DNA of 64,000 nucleotides, from assembly GCA_964389925.1 (NCBI GenBank), contig CAYMGE010000002.1:47729-111728 (forward strand), in the 5' to 3' direction. The notes below the pieces were generated by a model. The model made no database searches and was not told where the DNA came from. It was given only the letters and a program-made list of their open reading frames with translations. A program made the position numbers and the translations under genes. Below are positions 21,714-31,119 of the stretch, one piece after another. Source of the stretch: an uncultured Ardenticatenaceae bacterium. Its GTDB lineage: Bacteria; Chloroflexota; Anaerolineae; Promineifilales; Promineifilaceae. The first letter of the stretch is position 1; every line of letters starts with the position of its first letter.

Positions 21714-22955
21714 TCACAGTTGATCTTTCAAGATAGCTCCATCTTTCATCACAAAAGCGATATTGTTGGTATTCTCTAGCCCCTTTAGGTTTGTCAAAGG
21801 ATCAACGCGGGAAATGATGACATCTGCCAGCTTGCCAGCTTCAAGCGTGCCAACCCGATCTTGCCAGCCGAGACAATCGGCCGCCGTCTTCGTCGTCGCC
21901 ACAATTGTCTCCATCGGCGACATCCCAATGCCCGCCATCAAGCCCAATTCGCGCAGATTTGTGCCGTGTGGCATCACGCCCGCATCTGTCCCCATCGCAA
22001 TGTTGACCCCCATTTTGTGGGCTAGGGCGATGCTCTCGCGGTGGGCTTCGATGACTTCGGCCGATTTGCGAATCCCATAGTCTGGCATCCCGCTCGCCTT
22101 GCCTTGCTCTAAAACAGAAACAGGAGCCAATAGCGTCGGCACAATATAGGTTCCGCGCTCGATCATCAATTCGCAAAGCGGCTCATCGAGATAGATCGCA
22201 TGTTCAATCGAGTGAACGCCTGCCTCAACCGCGTTGCGAATCCCTTCTAACCCCTGTGCGTGGCTCATCACCTTGACCCCTTTACGATAGGCCGCCTCGC
22301 GCACAATCACGTCTAACTCTTCGGGCGAAAATTGAGTGAACTCAGGGTGATCGGTTGGCGACAATACGCCACCCGTCGAACAAATTTTAACCACGTCAGC
22401 CCCAGCTCGTAACACTTCGCGCACTTTGCGTCGCACGCCCTCAACCCCGTCACAGATGTTATCTGGTCTGCCCGGTGTGGATGGGAAAAAGCTCAAATTG
22501 ACGCCGCTGGGCATCATGCCGTCCCCATGACCGCCCGTAATTGAAAGCGCGGTAATGCTGATTTGCATTCGGGGGCCGATGACAAGCCCTTGCTCAACCG
22601 CCTGCTTCATCCCCAAATCAGCTCCCCCCGCATCGCGCACCGTTGTGATGCCCGCGTCAATCGTCGCAGCCATGTACTTGGCGGCCTTGTAGTAGGAGAG
22701 CGAGTAGGGCATTTGCATCATGGCAACGAGGTTGATGTCCTGCATGAGCAGGTGAACGTGCGTGTCGATCAGGCCGGGCAACAGCGTGCCGCCTTTTGCG
22801 TCGATCTGTTTGATCGTGGCGTTGGGGAGTTTGATACCCTGCTCTGTGCCAACGGCCTCAATTTTGTTATCTCGGATAAGAATAGCGGCGTTTTGAAGTG
22901 GCTTGCCACCGTTGCCATCGATCAGGGTTGTGTTGCGGATTAGTGTGTGCGTCAT
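21714..22955 (-). CDS. Amidohydrolase-superfamily metal-dependent hydrolase
   Basis: 413 aa. GLIDTHVHL metal-binding motif, later HAQG and GTDAG blocks typical of the amidohydrolase TIM barrel. Substrate unknown. Confidence 0.85.
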   Translation of the reverse strand: MTHTLIRNTTLIDGNGGKPLQNAAILIRDNKIEAVGTEQGIKLPNATIKQIDAKGGTLLPGLIDTHVHLLMQDINLVAMMQMPYSLSYYKAAKYMAATIDAGITTVRDAGGADLGMKQAVEQGLVIGPRMQISITALSITGGHGDGMMPSGVNLSFFPSTPGRPDNICDGVEGVRRKVREVLRAGADVVKICSTGGVLSPTDHPEFTQFSPEELDVIVREAAYRKGVKVMSHAQGLEGIRNAVEAGVHSIEHAIYLDEPLCELMIERGTYIVPTLLAPVSVLEQGKASGMPDYGIRKSAEVIEAHRESIALAHKMGVNIAMGTDAGVMPHGTNLRELGLMAGIGMSPMETIVATTKTAADCLGWQDRVGTLEAGKLADVIISRVDPLTNLKGLENTNNIAFVMKDGAILKDQL

Positions 22956-23023
22956 TTATTTTTTTTCGGCCGAATTGCCCCAAACAAATTTCTCATCTCA
23001 AATTAAAGTAATTGAAGCATCAG

Positions 23024-25672
23024 TCAAGATATTGATTGTAACCGATCTCTGTGGCTTTTGACGAGTGCATTCAAGCTAACCGCACACAACAGCACAGCCA
23101 TGAGTAGGATAGGATAAAGTGCGTTTTTTTCGTGTAGTACTGTGTTTTGGAGCGAGATAGCAACAGGGACTTCGGCCGACTCATACCCAAACCCCACCAT
23201 CGAATAGGGCGCAAGCACCACCGTGCTCGAGGCGTTAAGACTCAGGGGAACGGTCTCAAGTTGTACGTTTTGTGCTAGTTCGTTGTTGGATGTAATGTAC
23301 TCACCCGACAGAATTTTCATGTCTACTGTGCCGCGTGTCGTCGGCTGTGGCAGCTTCAAATCAACTGTGACTGTCTCTGTCAAGCTCAGGTTAAACAGCA
23401 TCACAGAAACATCTGAGTCATTCTTGAAAGCGAACCCCTGCACAAGTGGCAGTTCAACTGGAACCGTTAACTCATTGATTGGTGGCACGGTAATTGATGG
23501 GATATTTTCTCCCTGTACATGAATCATATCGCCAGCAATGAGTGGGTTGACAAGCTCTAAGCCTAACCACGTCGGCCGCTTGCGTCCCGTCGCCTCCAAA
23601 TCACGCAGCATTCCCCATAGGCGCACAAACTCAGTGTCAGTTTGCCTATTAGTCGATTGCAACTCATATAGTTGATCGTCGAACTGTTCGCGCTGATACC
23701 ATGGGGGGGCGGCCGAGCGGCTTACATTAAAAACAGGATACGAATACTGCAACATTGTAAACGCCGTCTGATCTCGAATCCCTAAATCACGCAAATAGGT
23801 CAACATGTGCAGCGGCAGCGCGATCCCGCCACCCAGACCTGTCACATAATCATTGCGAATATCGAGCGGAACCGTTCCGCTTGTCGTGTGAAAATTGATC
23901 TCGTAAATAGCAGGGGTTGTGCCGCGATCTGCTAGCAACTGTGTGGTGCTAAAAACATTGCGCTCCCCACCGACGGCCGATTGATAAAGCGGTTCGGCAA
24001 ATAGTGGGTAGTAGATATCGGCCGTTGTCGAGTATGTGGACAGTTTGCCAAAGTAGGGGGCAAGTGCCATGCTGTCGTGCGTCGTGCTGTTGTTTTCGAT
24101 ATGCACATTCTGTGGAAGATAGCGCGTCTGCCCACCAATAATCAGATTAAACTGCGACGCATCAAAATACTCAGAGGCGCGTATGGCTGAGAAGCGGTCG
24201 TGCGAGATTTGTCCCAGCCGCTGCCCGCCACGCACCGTTGCGCCCCAAAATGGATCACCGCCATAGCCACTGCCCCACATCTCATTGCCAAATTCGAGAT
24301 GAATTTTTGAAAAAACATCTGTCCATGGTTCAGTTTGTCCATGTTCCTGACGCAGTAGAGCATATTCATGACCGCTGCTGATAGGGGCAGCGAGATAGGC
24401 GGCGAGGTTTTCCATCTCTTCATTTAAGGTTGTCGGCGCGATCACATACCATGGCTCCGCACCGACTTCGCGGCACAGTTCCATGAATTCGCCAAGCGAA
24501 AAGTGAAAGGCGCGTGCCTTTGTTTTGCTGGGCGACCAACCGGTTGTTTTGCGTGCATATGTTGGCGCAAGCTGATTGTCGAGCGTGCTGCCCAATTGAT
24601 TGTTGCCCCAGTTGCGTAAAATACCCGGCTCTAGCTCTTTTAGATATCGGACATATTTGTCGGAAAAAACGGTCAGGTTTGTCTCATCGCTGCGAGAGAA
24701 TGAAATATCGTCCAGCCAAACGGCCTCTGCGTTGTTTGTTAAGTTCATCGTCAGTGCAAACACCGTAGAAGTTGTTGTGATTGGCTCAACAATTGTGAAT
24801 TGTCGTTCAATCAGTTGCCATTCTTGTGTTAAGGTAATCGTCTCCTGAAAGTATGGTGGAATGCCACCCTCACGTAGCACGCTTACTTCAAGCGGCTCAT
24901 TCATTTTGTGGGCTTTCACCCAAAACGAAAGTCGCCAGTTGCCATCGAAATTGACCAATCGGCCGGCACTCACATCCCCGTCACGTCCATAGCTGTCCAT
25001 GTAATAGCTGTAACTGAGCCACTTTCTGGCGGTCGAATCAGGCGCCAACATCTTGAGCGACTGCTCACCAACCGAACCCGGGCGTGTCTGACTGCGATCC
25101 GGCACTGCGTTTGCATTGCCGCAACACCCCTCCACCGTCTCAGTCATCACGCGCCGAACAACAAACACATCCCCCTCGGCCGGCTGCACATCATTTTTGT
25201 CAAAGTGAAAGGTTTGATATTGGCTTTGCTGGATCAATTGATGCGGCTCGTGTGTGAACGCTGCAACTGTGCCGCTGCGCCCTTTCGATGCCCCATAGAT
25301 AGAGTGATAGGTCGCGCCATTCCAAAAACCAACCGATTGACCATCGGTGATAACAGCCGCTTGATCCCACTGAAAGTACCAATTTTCAGCCTGTATCGTT
25401 GTCTCGGTCGCCCCATCCTCAACGATAACAATCATGCCGTATTCACCCGCTTCAAAGCCGGGGTTGAGGATGACATTTTTGAGAATTTGCGACGAGCCGA
25501 AAGGGTTGTGTGCGCCGATGTTGATGCCAAACGGCTTGACATCGGTGACGATTGCTTGCGGGTTGACGGTGAGGGTGGGTGTGGTGGTCTCGGCCGAAAC
25601 CGGCACCAGCCAAATAAGACCCCCTAATAGTAAAAATGGCAGCAATAAATAAATCAAACGATTCTCTTTCAT
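23024..25672 (-). CDS. Secreted, C-terminally anchored glycoside-hydrolase-like protein (clan GH-A / GH51-like, with CBM-like insert)
   Basis: 882 aa with signal/anchor LLLPFLLLGGLIWLV. LNPGFE start, GILRNWGNN and HLEFGNEMWG (NE acid/base-type motif), C-terminal TM helix (ILLMAVLLCAVSLNAL). Family assignment is by eye only. Confidence 0.5.
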   Translation of the reverse strand: MKENRLIYLLLPFLLLGGLIWLVPVSAETTTPTLTVNPQAIVTDVKPFGINIGAHNPFGSSQILKNVILNPGFEAGEYGMIVIVEDGATETTIQAENWYFQWDQAAVITDGQSVGFWNGATYHSIYGASKGRSGTVAAFTHEPHQLIQQSQYQTFHFDKNDVQPAEGDVFVVRRVMTETVEGCCGNANAVPDRSQTRPGSVGEQSLKMLAPDSTARKWLSYSYYMDSYGRDGDVSAGRLVNFDGNWRLSFWVKAHKMNEPLEVSVLREGGIPPYFQETITLTQEWQLIERQFTIVEPITTTSTVFALTMNLTNNAEAVWLDDISFSRSDETNLTVFSDKYVRYLKELEPGILRNWGNNQLGSTLDNQLAPTYARKTTGWSPSKTKARAFHFSLGEFMELCREVGAEPWYVIAPTTLNEEMENLAAYLAAPISSGHEYALLRQEHGQTEPWTDVFSKIHLEFGNEMWGSGYGGDPFWGATVRGGQRLGQISHDRFSAIRASEYFDASQFNLIIGGQTRYLPQNVHIENNSTTHDSMALAPYFGKLSTYSTTADIYYPLFAEPLYQSAVGGERNVFSTTQLLADRGTTPAIYEINFHTTSGTVPLDIRNDYVTGLGGGIALPLHMLTYLRDLGIRDQTAFTMLQYSYPVFNVSRSAAPPWYQREQFDDQLYELQSTNRQTDTEFVRLWGMLRDLEATGRKRPTWLGLELVNPLIAGDMIHVQGENIPSITVPPINELTVPVELPLVQGFAFKNDSDVSVMLFNLSLTETVTVDLKLPQPTTRGTVDMKILSGEYITSNNELAQNVQLETVPLSLNASSTVVLAPYSMVGFGYESAEVPVAISLQNTVLHEKNALYPILLMAVLLCAVSLNALVKSHRDRLQSIS

Positions 25673-25885
25673 AATGACCCATCAATATGTGTCGTGCCTT
25701 TATGACGACAGCGACTACTGTAAATAATTTGCACTTTGTAACCAATAATATCCGTGTGAAATGGGATGCGAAACGACGATTTATATCTTAGCATAGTGGT
25801 AAAAATCGCAATATGTTGGGATAATGCACCAACACTTTCTTATACGCACTATATAGAGACCCAACTTGTTGAATGGAGAAATATT

Positions 25886-27826
25886 ATGCCTAAAGCAGTA
25901 GCAACCCTCGCAGACATCGAAGAGATGGAGCGGATTCCACTAGAAGACCGCAATTTGCCTCCTAGCACGTATGCCGCGATTAAGCGTTCAGCGCAAAATC
26001 ATCCCAGTCAAACGGCGATTGGTTTTTTCCTTCAGGCGACCGAATACGAAAATGCAGTCATGTACAATTACACTGAGTTTCTTGGCATGATAAACCAAAC
26101 GGCAAACATGCTGCATGATTTGGGTGTCGGCCGAAATGATGTCGTCAGCTACATCTTGCCCAACACGCCACAAACCTACCTGACTCTGTTTGGCTCAGAA
26201 GCAGTTGGCATCTCTAACCCGATTAACCCCTTGCTTGAACCACACGTGATGGCGGAAATCATGAACGCCGCCAAGACAAAGGTGCTAGTCACCATTGCCT
26301 CTTTTCCCAAAACAAATATCTGGGAACAGGTTACTAGCATTGCCAACGACGTTCCTACGCTCGAAACGATCATCACCATCGATCTCGCTGCCTTCCTAAG
26401 CGGCATCAAAAGGGTGATCGTGAGCGGTTTACGCATCGTCAAAGGCAGCATGAGTACAAAAGGTATTCGTGCCAAGGTGATCGACTTTGATAGCACCATC
26501 AAGAAATATCCCAAAAATAAGATTAACTTCTCGGAACCAAAACCCAACGACATTGCCGCCTATTTTCACACAGGCGGTACGACCGGCACACCAAAACTAG
26601 CGATGCACACCCACCGTAACCAAGTCTTTGACGGCTGGGCAGCCGGTCTCGCCATTGGCGGCGAAGCGGGCAAAATGACCTATCTCGGTCTGCCGCTTTT
26701 TCACAACTTTGGCGCAATTGCCATCGGTGTCCAGAGTTTTGTTTATGGTTGCGGCATTATCATGGGAACACCATCTGGTTTTCGTGGTGAAGGAACCTTC
26801 CCAAACTTCTGGAAAATCGTTGACCACTACAAAATCAACCTGTTTGGCGGTGTACCAACTGTTTACAAAGAGTTGCTCAATCACCCTGTCAATGCAGACA
26901 TTAGTTCGCTCGAAATGGCAAACTGTGGTGCCGCGCCACTACCAGTTGAACTCGCTAACCAGTTTGAGAAACATGCCGGCATCAACATTTTGGAGGGGTA
27001 TGGCCTCACGGAAGGAACCTCTGTCTGTTCAGTCAACCCACGTGATGGTGAACCAAAATATGGCTCAATTGGGTATCGTTTACCCTACCAAGAGATGGCA
27101 ATTGCCGAAATTGAAGATGGAAATTTTAAGCGTTTCTGCGACGATGATGAAGTTGGCGTTGTGATTCTGCGCGGGCCAAACGTATTCGCCGGCTATAACG
27201 ATGATTTCTACAATCAGACTGCATACGTTGACACAGGCGATGGCAAAGATAAATGGCTGAACACAGGTGATACAGGGCGGCGCGACAAAGATGGCTACTT
27301 TTGGCTGACAGGCCGCAAGAAAGAGCTAATCATTCGCGGGGGTCACAACATCGATCCGCAAATCATTGAAGAGGTGTTGATGCAGCATCCAGCGGTTGCA
27401 CTATCGGCCGCCGTCGGCCGACCAGACTCCCGCGTTGGCGAAATGCCCGTCGCCTTTGTCGAGCTGAAACCCGACTCCACCACCACAAGCAAAGAACTTG
27501 AGGAATTTGCCGCGAGCAACATTGGCGAACGTGCCGCTGTACCAAAAACAGTAACAATTTTGCCTGAAATTCCACTAACCGCTGTTGGAAAAATCTTCAA
27601 ACCCGCACTGACACGTCAATTAGTCAAGGATGTTTACGAAGGTGAAATCAATAAGCTGTCTGGCGTACAAAGCGTGACTGTGACAGCGGAAGGTGATAAA
27701 CGTCTTGGCACGCTTGCCCGCATCAACGTGACAACTGCGGCTGGGCAGGACCAAAAAGCTCTCGAAGAGGCTATTCGCTCTGCATTAGGCGGCTATACGG
27801 TTCACTACGAATTGAATATCAGCTAA
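25886..27826 (+). CDS. AMP-forming acyl-CoA synthetase / AMP-dependent ligase
   Basis: Start moved to the ATG at 25886 (GGAGAA SD 6 nt upstream). YFHTGGTTGTPK, GYGLTEG, TGDTGRRDKDGYFWLTGRKKELIIRGGHNI. Confidence 0.88.
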   Translation: MPKAVATLADIEEMERIPLEDRNLPPSTYAAIKRSAQNHPSQTAIGFFLQATEYENAVMYNYTEFLGMINQTANMLHDLGVGRNDVVSYILPNTPQTYLTLFGSEAVGISNPINPLLEPHVMAEIMNAAKTKVLVTIASFPKTNIWEQVTSIANDVPTLETIITIDLAAFLSGIKRVIVSGLRIVKGSMSTKGIRAKVIDFDSTIKKYPKNKINFSEPKPNDIAAYFHTGGTTGTPKLAMHTHRNQVFDGWAAGLAIGGEAGKMTYLGLPLFHNFGAIAIGVQSFVYGCGIIMGTPSGFRGEGTFPNFWKIVDHYKINLFGGVPTVYKELLNHPVNADISSLEMANCGAAPLPVELANQFEKHAGINILEGYGLTEGTSVCSVNPRDGEPKYGSIGYRLPYQEMAIAEIEDGNFKRFCDDDEVGVVILRGPNVFAGYNDDFYNQTAYVDTGDGKDKWLNTGDTGRRDKDGYFWLTGRKKELIIRGGHNIDPQIIEEVLMQHPAVALSAAVGRPDSRVGEMPVAFVELKPDSTTTSKELEEFAASNIGERAAVPKTVTILPEIPLTAVGKIFKPALTRQLVKDVYEGEINKLSGVQSVTVTAEGDKRLGTLARINVTTAAGQDQKALEEAIRSALGGYTVHYELNIS

Positions 27827-27838
27827 CGCACTAATAAA

Positions 27839-27884
27839 GTCAACGACTACCGCCTTGAACTGGTAGTCGTTGACATCTTTTTTC
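27839..27884 (+). terminator. Rho-independent terminator of the acyl-CoA synthetase gene (overlaps 3' end of the convergent gene)
   Basis: Perfect 13-bp stem GTCAACGACTACC / GGTAGTCGTTGAC (27839-27851 / 27862-27874), 10-nt loop, then ATCTTTTTTC. Confidence 0.65.
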
Positions 27885-29100
27885 TGGCTTTACGCCAAAC
27901 GCTGACGGTGTGAATTTGAAATGTTTGGGGAAGGGTGTCAATCGGCCGAATTTTCACCATCTCATACCCTGCGCCCACCAAGTTACGCGCGTCTCGCGCC
28001 ATTGTGGAAATGTTTGGATTGCTATAAACAATGCGGGGCGCACCGTGATTGACAATCTCAAACCCCGCCTCGTTGCTTAACCCATTTTCGTCACAATCGA
28101 GAACGAGAACGTCGGCTGTTCGGCCGATGTTTGGCAAAGCCGTCTCGACCCAATCGTTGTAGAGCGCAACGTTGTCGGTGTGATCCAGATTGACCGCAGC
28201 ATCTTCAATCGCATCTGCGTTCACCTCCACACCGATCACCTCGCGGGCAAATACCGACAGCGCGTTTGTCAAAACACCAACACCGCTATAACAGTCGATG
28301 ACCAATTCATCGCCGTACAACATCGTCAAATCCGAAACAGCTGTTGCAACCATTTCTGCGCTGTCTGGGCTGACGTGAAAGTGGCTGCCCGGTGACACGC
28401 GATAGGGGCATCCCGCTATGCGCTGTACTTGATAGGGGTCGCCAATTAAGGTTGCCGCGATCCCGTCAGGCATGACAAGCGCGACCGAAACGGGAAAATC
28501 GATCTCAATGGTGGGTGGTTCCGCGTCGCGCATCTCGAAAGCGAGCAGCACGTTGTCCTCAGAATCGACGCGCACGTGTAGCTTGATCAGGTTATCAAGC
28601 TCAAGGTCAATGTCGCTCAGAACATTTTGCAGCGTCGGATGCAGCACGGGGCATGTGGGTGAGGGCAGGACCTTGCGCTGGCTGCGTGACCAATAGCCGA
28701 GTCTATTATCGGCCGTCTTGCTCAACGTCGTCATCATGCGATAGCCCCATCGCTGCGGGTGTGGAACGATGGGATCGGCCGTGATATTTTTCAGCCGCCC
28801 GACACGCTGCAACTGGTCGAGCATAATTTGCTCTTTGAAACGCAGTTGTGCCTTATAGTTGATGTGCTGAAAATCAGCGATTGGAATATCGGCCGGCTGA
28901 CAGCGTGGCTCTATCCGCTCTTTTGCCGCTTTGAGGATTTCGACGATTTCGGCTTCGGCCGATTGTCCTTTTTGTTTGACAATCCGCGCTCGCACCGTCT
29001 CGTTGGGCAACCCACCCGCCACAAAAATCGTCTGATTATTTGCTTTGGCAATCGCCTTTGCACCGTGCGCCATCTTGGTCAATTTGAGCGTTGTTGTCAT
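27847..29100 (-). CDS. TRAM-domain RumA/TrmA-like SAM methyltransferase homologue with degenerate catalytic motifs
   Basis: 417 aa. N-terminal TRAM-like OB fold (GAKAIAKANNQTIFVAGGLPNETVRARIV), SAM motif I VIDCYSGVGVLT. The DPPR, SCNP and HVE catalytic blocks are replaced (see findings). Confidence 0.7.
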   Translation of the reverse strand: MTTTLKLTKMAHGAKAIAKANNQTIFVAGGLPNETVRARIVKQKGQSAEAEIVEILKAAKERIEPRCQPADIPIADFQHINYKAQLRFKEQIMLDQLQRVGRLKNITADPIVPHPQRWGYRMMTTLSKTADNRLGYWSRSQRKVLPSPTCPVLHPTLQNVLSDIDLELDNLIKLHVRVDSEDNVLLAFEMRDAEPPTIEIDFPVSVALVMPDGIAATLIGDPYQVQRIAGCPYRVSPGSHFHVSPDSAEMVATAVSDLTMLYGDELVIDCYSGVGVLTNALSVFAREVIGVEVNADAIEDAAVNLDHTDNVALYNDWVETALPNIGRTADVLVLDCDENGLSNEAGFEIVNHGAPRIVYSNPNISTMARDARNLVGAGYEMVKIRPIDTLPQTFQIHTVSVWRKARKKMSTTTSSRR

Positions 29101-29122
29101 AGAAACATACCTAGCAGTCTGC

Positions 29123-31066
29123 CTACATCAAACGACCAGCCAACCCCAGCCCATACCCCGCCAGCCAAGCCGGCAGCGTGCCGCGCACGGTGCGCGTGAT
29201 GGCGCGTTCGGGATGACGGTAGGCACTCAACGCCATCACATTTGCCATTGTACCCGTCAAGCCCATCACCTGCGCCGGTGTAAACTCGCCATCGGCAAAC
29301 GACAACGCTAGCGGCCCCAACCATGCCCATTTGCGTGCAGGCTTCAGCCCTAATTTCATCGACAAATCTCCCACAATCCGGTTGGCGACTGAAACGTGAT
29401 GCGTATGCCCTTCGGCATGTGGTGCATCAATTTTGTCCAGCAGGTCGCCATTGCGCTGCGCGGCAAGCCACGCGCCTGTCAATGCCGCAATCATGATCGC
29501 TTTTGTCTTTGCGTTTTCAAATTGCAGAGCCGCGACAGTGAGCGGCACAAACCAATCTAAATTCCAACCGCGAAATTCTTCGACACGCTGACGATAGGCT
29601 GCTTCAGACGTAGCGGCCGCCAACGTGATAGCTCCCGCCTCCATATAGGCTTGGCCGATCAACCAATCCAACCAGCCAGTTCTCTGTGCGCTTGTGAGCG
29701 TCGCGGCGGGGGCAAGCGTAGAGGTAGCGAGGGCGATTAGCTTGGGCGAAAATGAGGTCTGCATGGGGGAAACATCCCCGCTGTCATGATGGTGATGCCC
29801 ACCGCCACCGTGCGCATGAATTGTGCTGACACCGTTCAGCGAATGTGTGTGTGACTGTTCATGCTCGCTATCGTCGCCGTGTGAATGTGGGGCAGGGGTG
29901 AGCATTCCCTTCTGCTCGACAAAAGGCAATGCGGCCGCACCAAGCGCAGCAAGTCCGACGCAGGGAACAGCCAACGACTCAGGCATATCGAGCATGTCAT
30001 TGATGGCGGCCGCACCAATCCCTGCTGCCGCAAGCCCCACAAGCGCAAGTTCTTGCGGTTCAACCTCGCTCCGCTTCACTGCTGCCTCATCGACTGACAA
30101 CTCTTGGCTCAATTGGTAGCCAGCATCTTCGAGCGCGTGCTTGAGATAGTGAACGTAGTCAAGCCCTTCAAGTGGCTCTGTTGCGTGCAGGACGCGGAAA
30201 AAGTTGAGGTAGCAGAGCCGTACCCCGCGTTCGTTGGCGAGATGTACCCACGTGTGGGCGGCCGAATGGTAGTCCATCTCCATCATTTCAGCTTGGGTAA
30301 AACGATGGGCGAGAACAACATGTGGCAAACGCCCTTTGGCGATGAACCAGTCGCCGCGCTGATGGCGTGACTCGGCAAAATAGGCCATCGTGAGGCCATA
30401 GCTGTTCATTGCCTTGAGCGTGTCGTTGATCTGCATCTCGTGACCGAGAACCCAATCCCCCTCAAACGCGACCAGCTTGCCGACGTGGCCGGCCGAGTGC
30501 AGCCCGTGGTCTATCAACTCAGGATCAGGCCAATCGTAGCTGGCAGGGCGCGGCACGACAGCGAGGCCAAGCGACTGTAAGTGTTTGCCGAACGCCTCAT
30601 CAAAGCCGAGTCCAAGATCACCATGTGCGAGCAAGCTGCCAGCAAAGACGAGTGTGTTGTCGTCGAGCTGCTGCCCTTTGAGCTGGGGCAGTCGCCAGTT
30701 GAGCGCACTTTCGATGATCGGGATAAATTGGGCTGTTCCGTGCAGATAGATCCATTGCCCCAGTGGAGGGGCTTCTGCAAGCCTATCGGCCGGCACCATC
30801 GGCCGCAACACCCCACGCTGAATCAACCCATTAAGTGTCATTTCAGGCAGTGAAATGTGCGTTGCGCCTTTAGCGACAAGCTGTTTAGCGAGATCGTCAA
30901 ACGTGATGCCAGCCCGCAGCGCGGCGACGGTCACATCGTCAAAATCGACACAAATGCCAACTTTTTTGTTGCGCTTTTCTTGCGCGTGACGTTTTTGCAA
31001 CACTTTTGTGCTGGCGACTGTGCCAACAGTGGTTGCAGCGAGGGAAAGAATACGGGAAAGCTTCAA
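29123..31066 (-). CDS. Large polytopic membrane protein with N-terminal soluble domain and His-rich loop (function unknown)
   Basis: 647 aa. N-terminal anchor, soluble domain of about 330 aa, then about 8 or more hydrophobic helices. Loop HSHGDDSEHEQSHTHSLNGVSTIHAHGGGGHHHHDSGD. From memory it resembles DUF5693-type proteins; unverified. Confidence 0.65.
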   Translation of the reverse strand: MKLSRILSLAATTVGTVASTKVLQKRHAQEKRNKKVGICVDFDDVTVAALRAGITFDDLAKQLVAKGATHISLPEMTLNGLIQRGVLRPMVPADRLAEAPPLGQWIYLHGTAQFIPIIESALNWRLPQLKGQQLDDNTLVFAGSLLAHGDLGLGFDEAFGKHLQSLGLAVVPRPASYDWPDPELIDHGLHSAGHVGKLVAFEGDWVLGHEMQINDTLKAMNSYGLTMAYFAESRHQRGDWFIAKGRLPHVVLAHRFTQAEMMEMDYHSAAHTWVHLANERGVRLCYLNFFRVLHATEPLEGLDYVHYLKHALEDAGYQLSQELSVDEAAVKRSEVEPQELALVGLAAAGIGAAAINDMLDMPESLAVPCVGLAALGAAALPFVEQKGMLTPAPHSHGDDSEHEQSHTHSLNGVSTIHAHGGGGHHHHDSGDVSPMQTSFSPKLIALATSTLAPAATLTSAQRTGWLDWLIGQAYMEAGAITLAAATSEAAYRQRVEEFRGWNLDWFVPLTVAALQFENAKTKAIMIAALTGAWLAAQRNGDLLDKIDAPHAEGHTHHVSVANRIVGDLSMKLGLKPARKWAWLGPLALSFADGEFTPAQVMGLTGTMANVMALSAYRHPERAITRTVRGTLPAWLAGYGLGLAGRLM

Positions 31067-31119
31067 CGAAAACTCCGAAATTCAGCGAGCAGTAAGCCGA
31101 GAAAGCTGCTGTTCACTGT

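Noticed and set aside
24908-25627. 239-aa ORF on the + strand
   Set aside because: It lies entirely antisense to the 882-aa GH-like gene, which has recognisable motifs. Its Arg/Cys/His/Leu-rich, low-information translation is typical of shadow ORFs.
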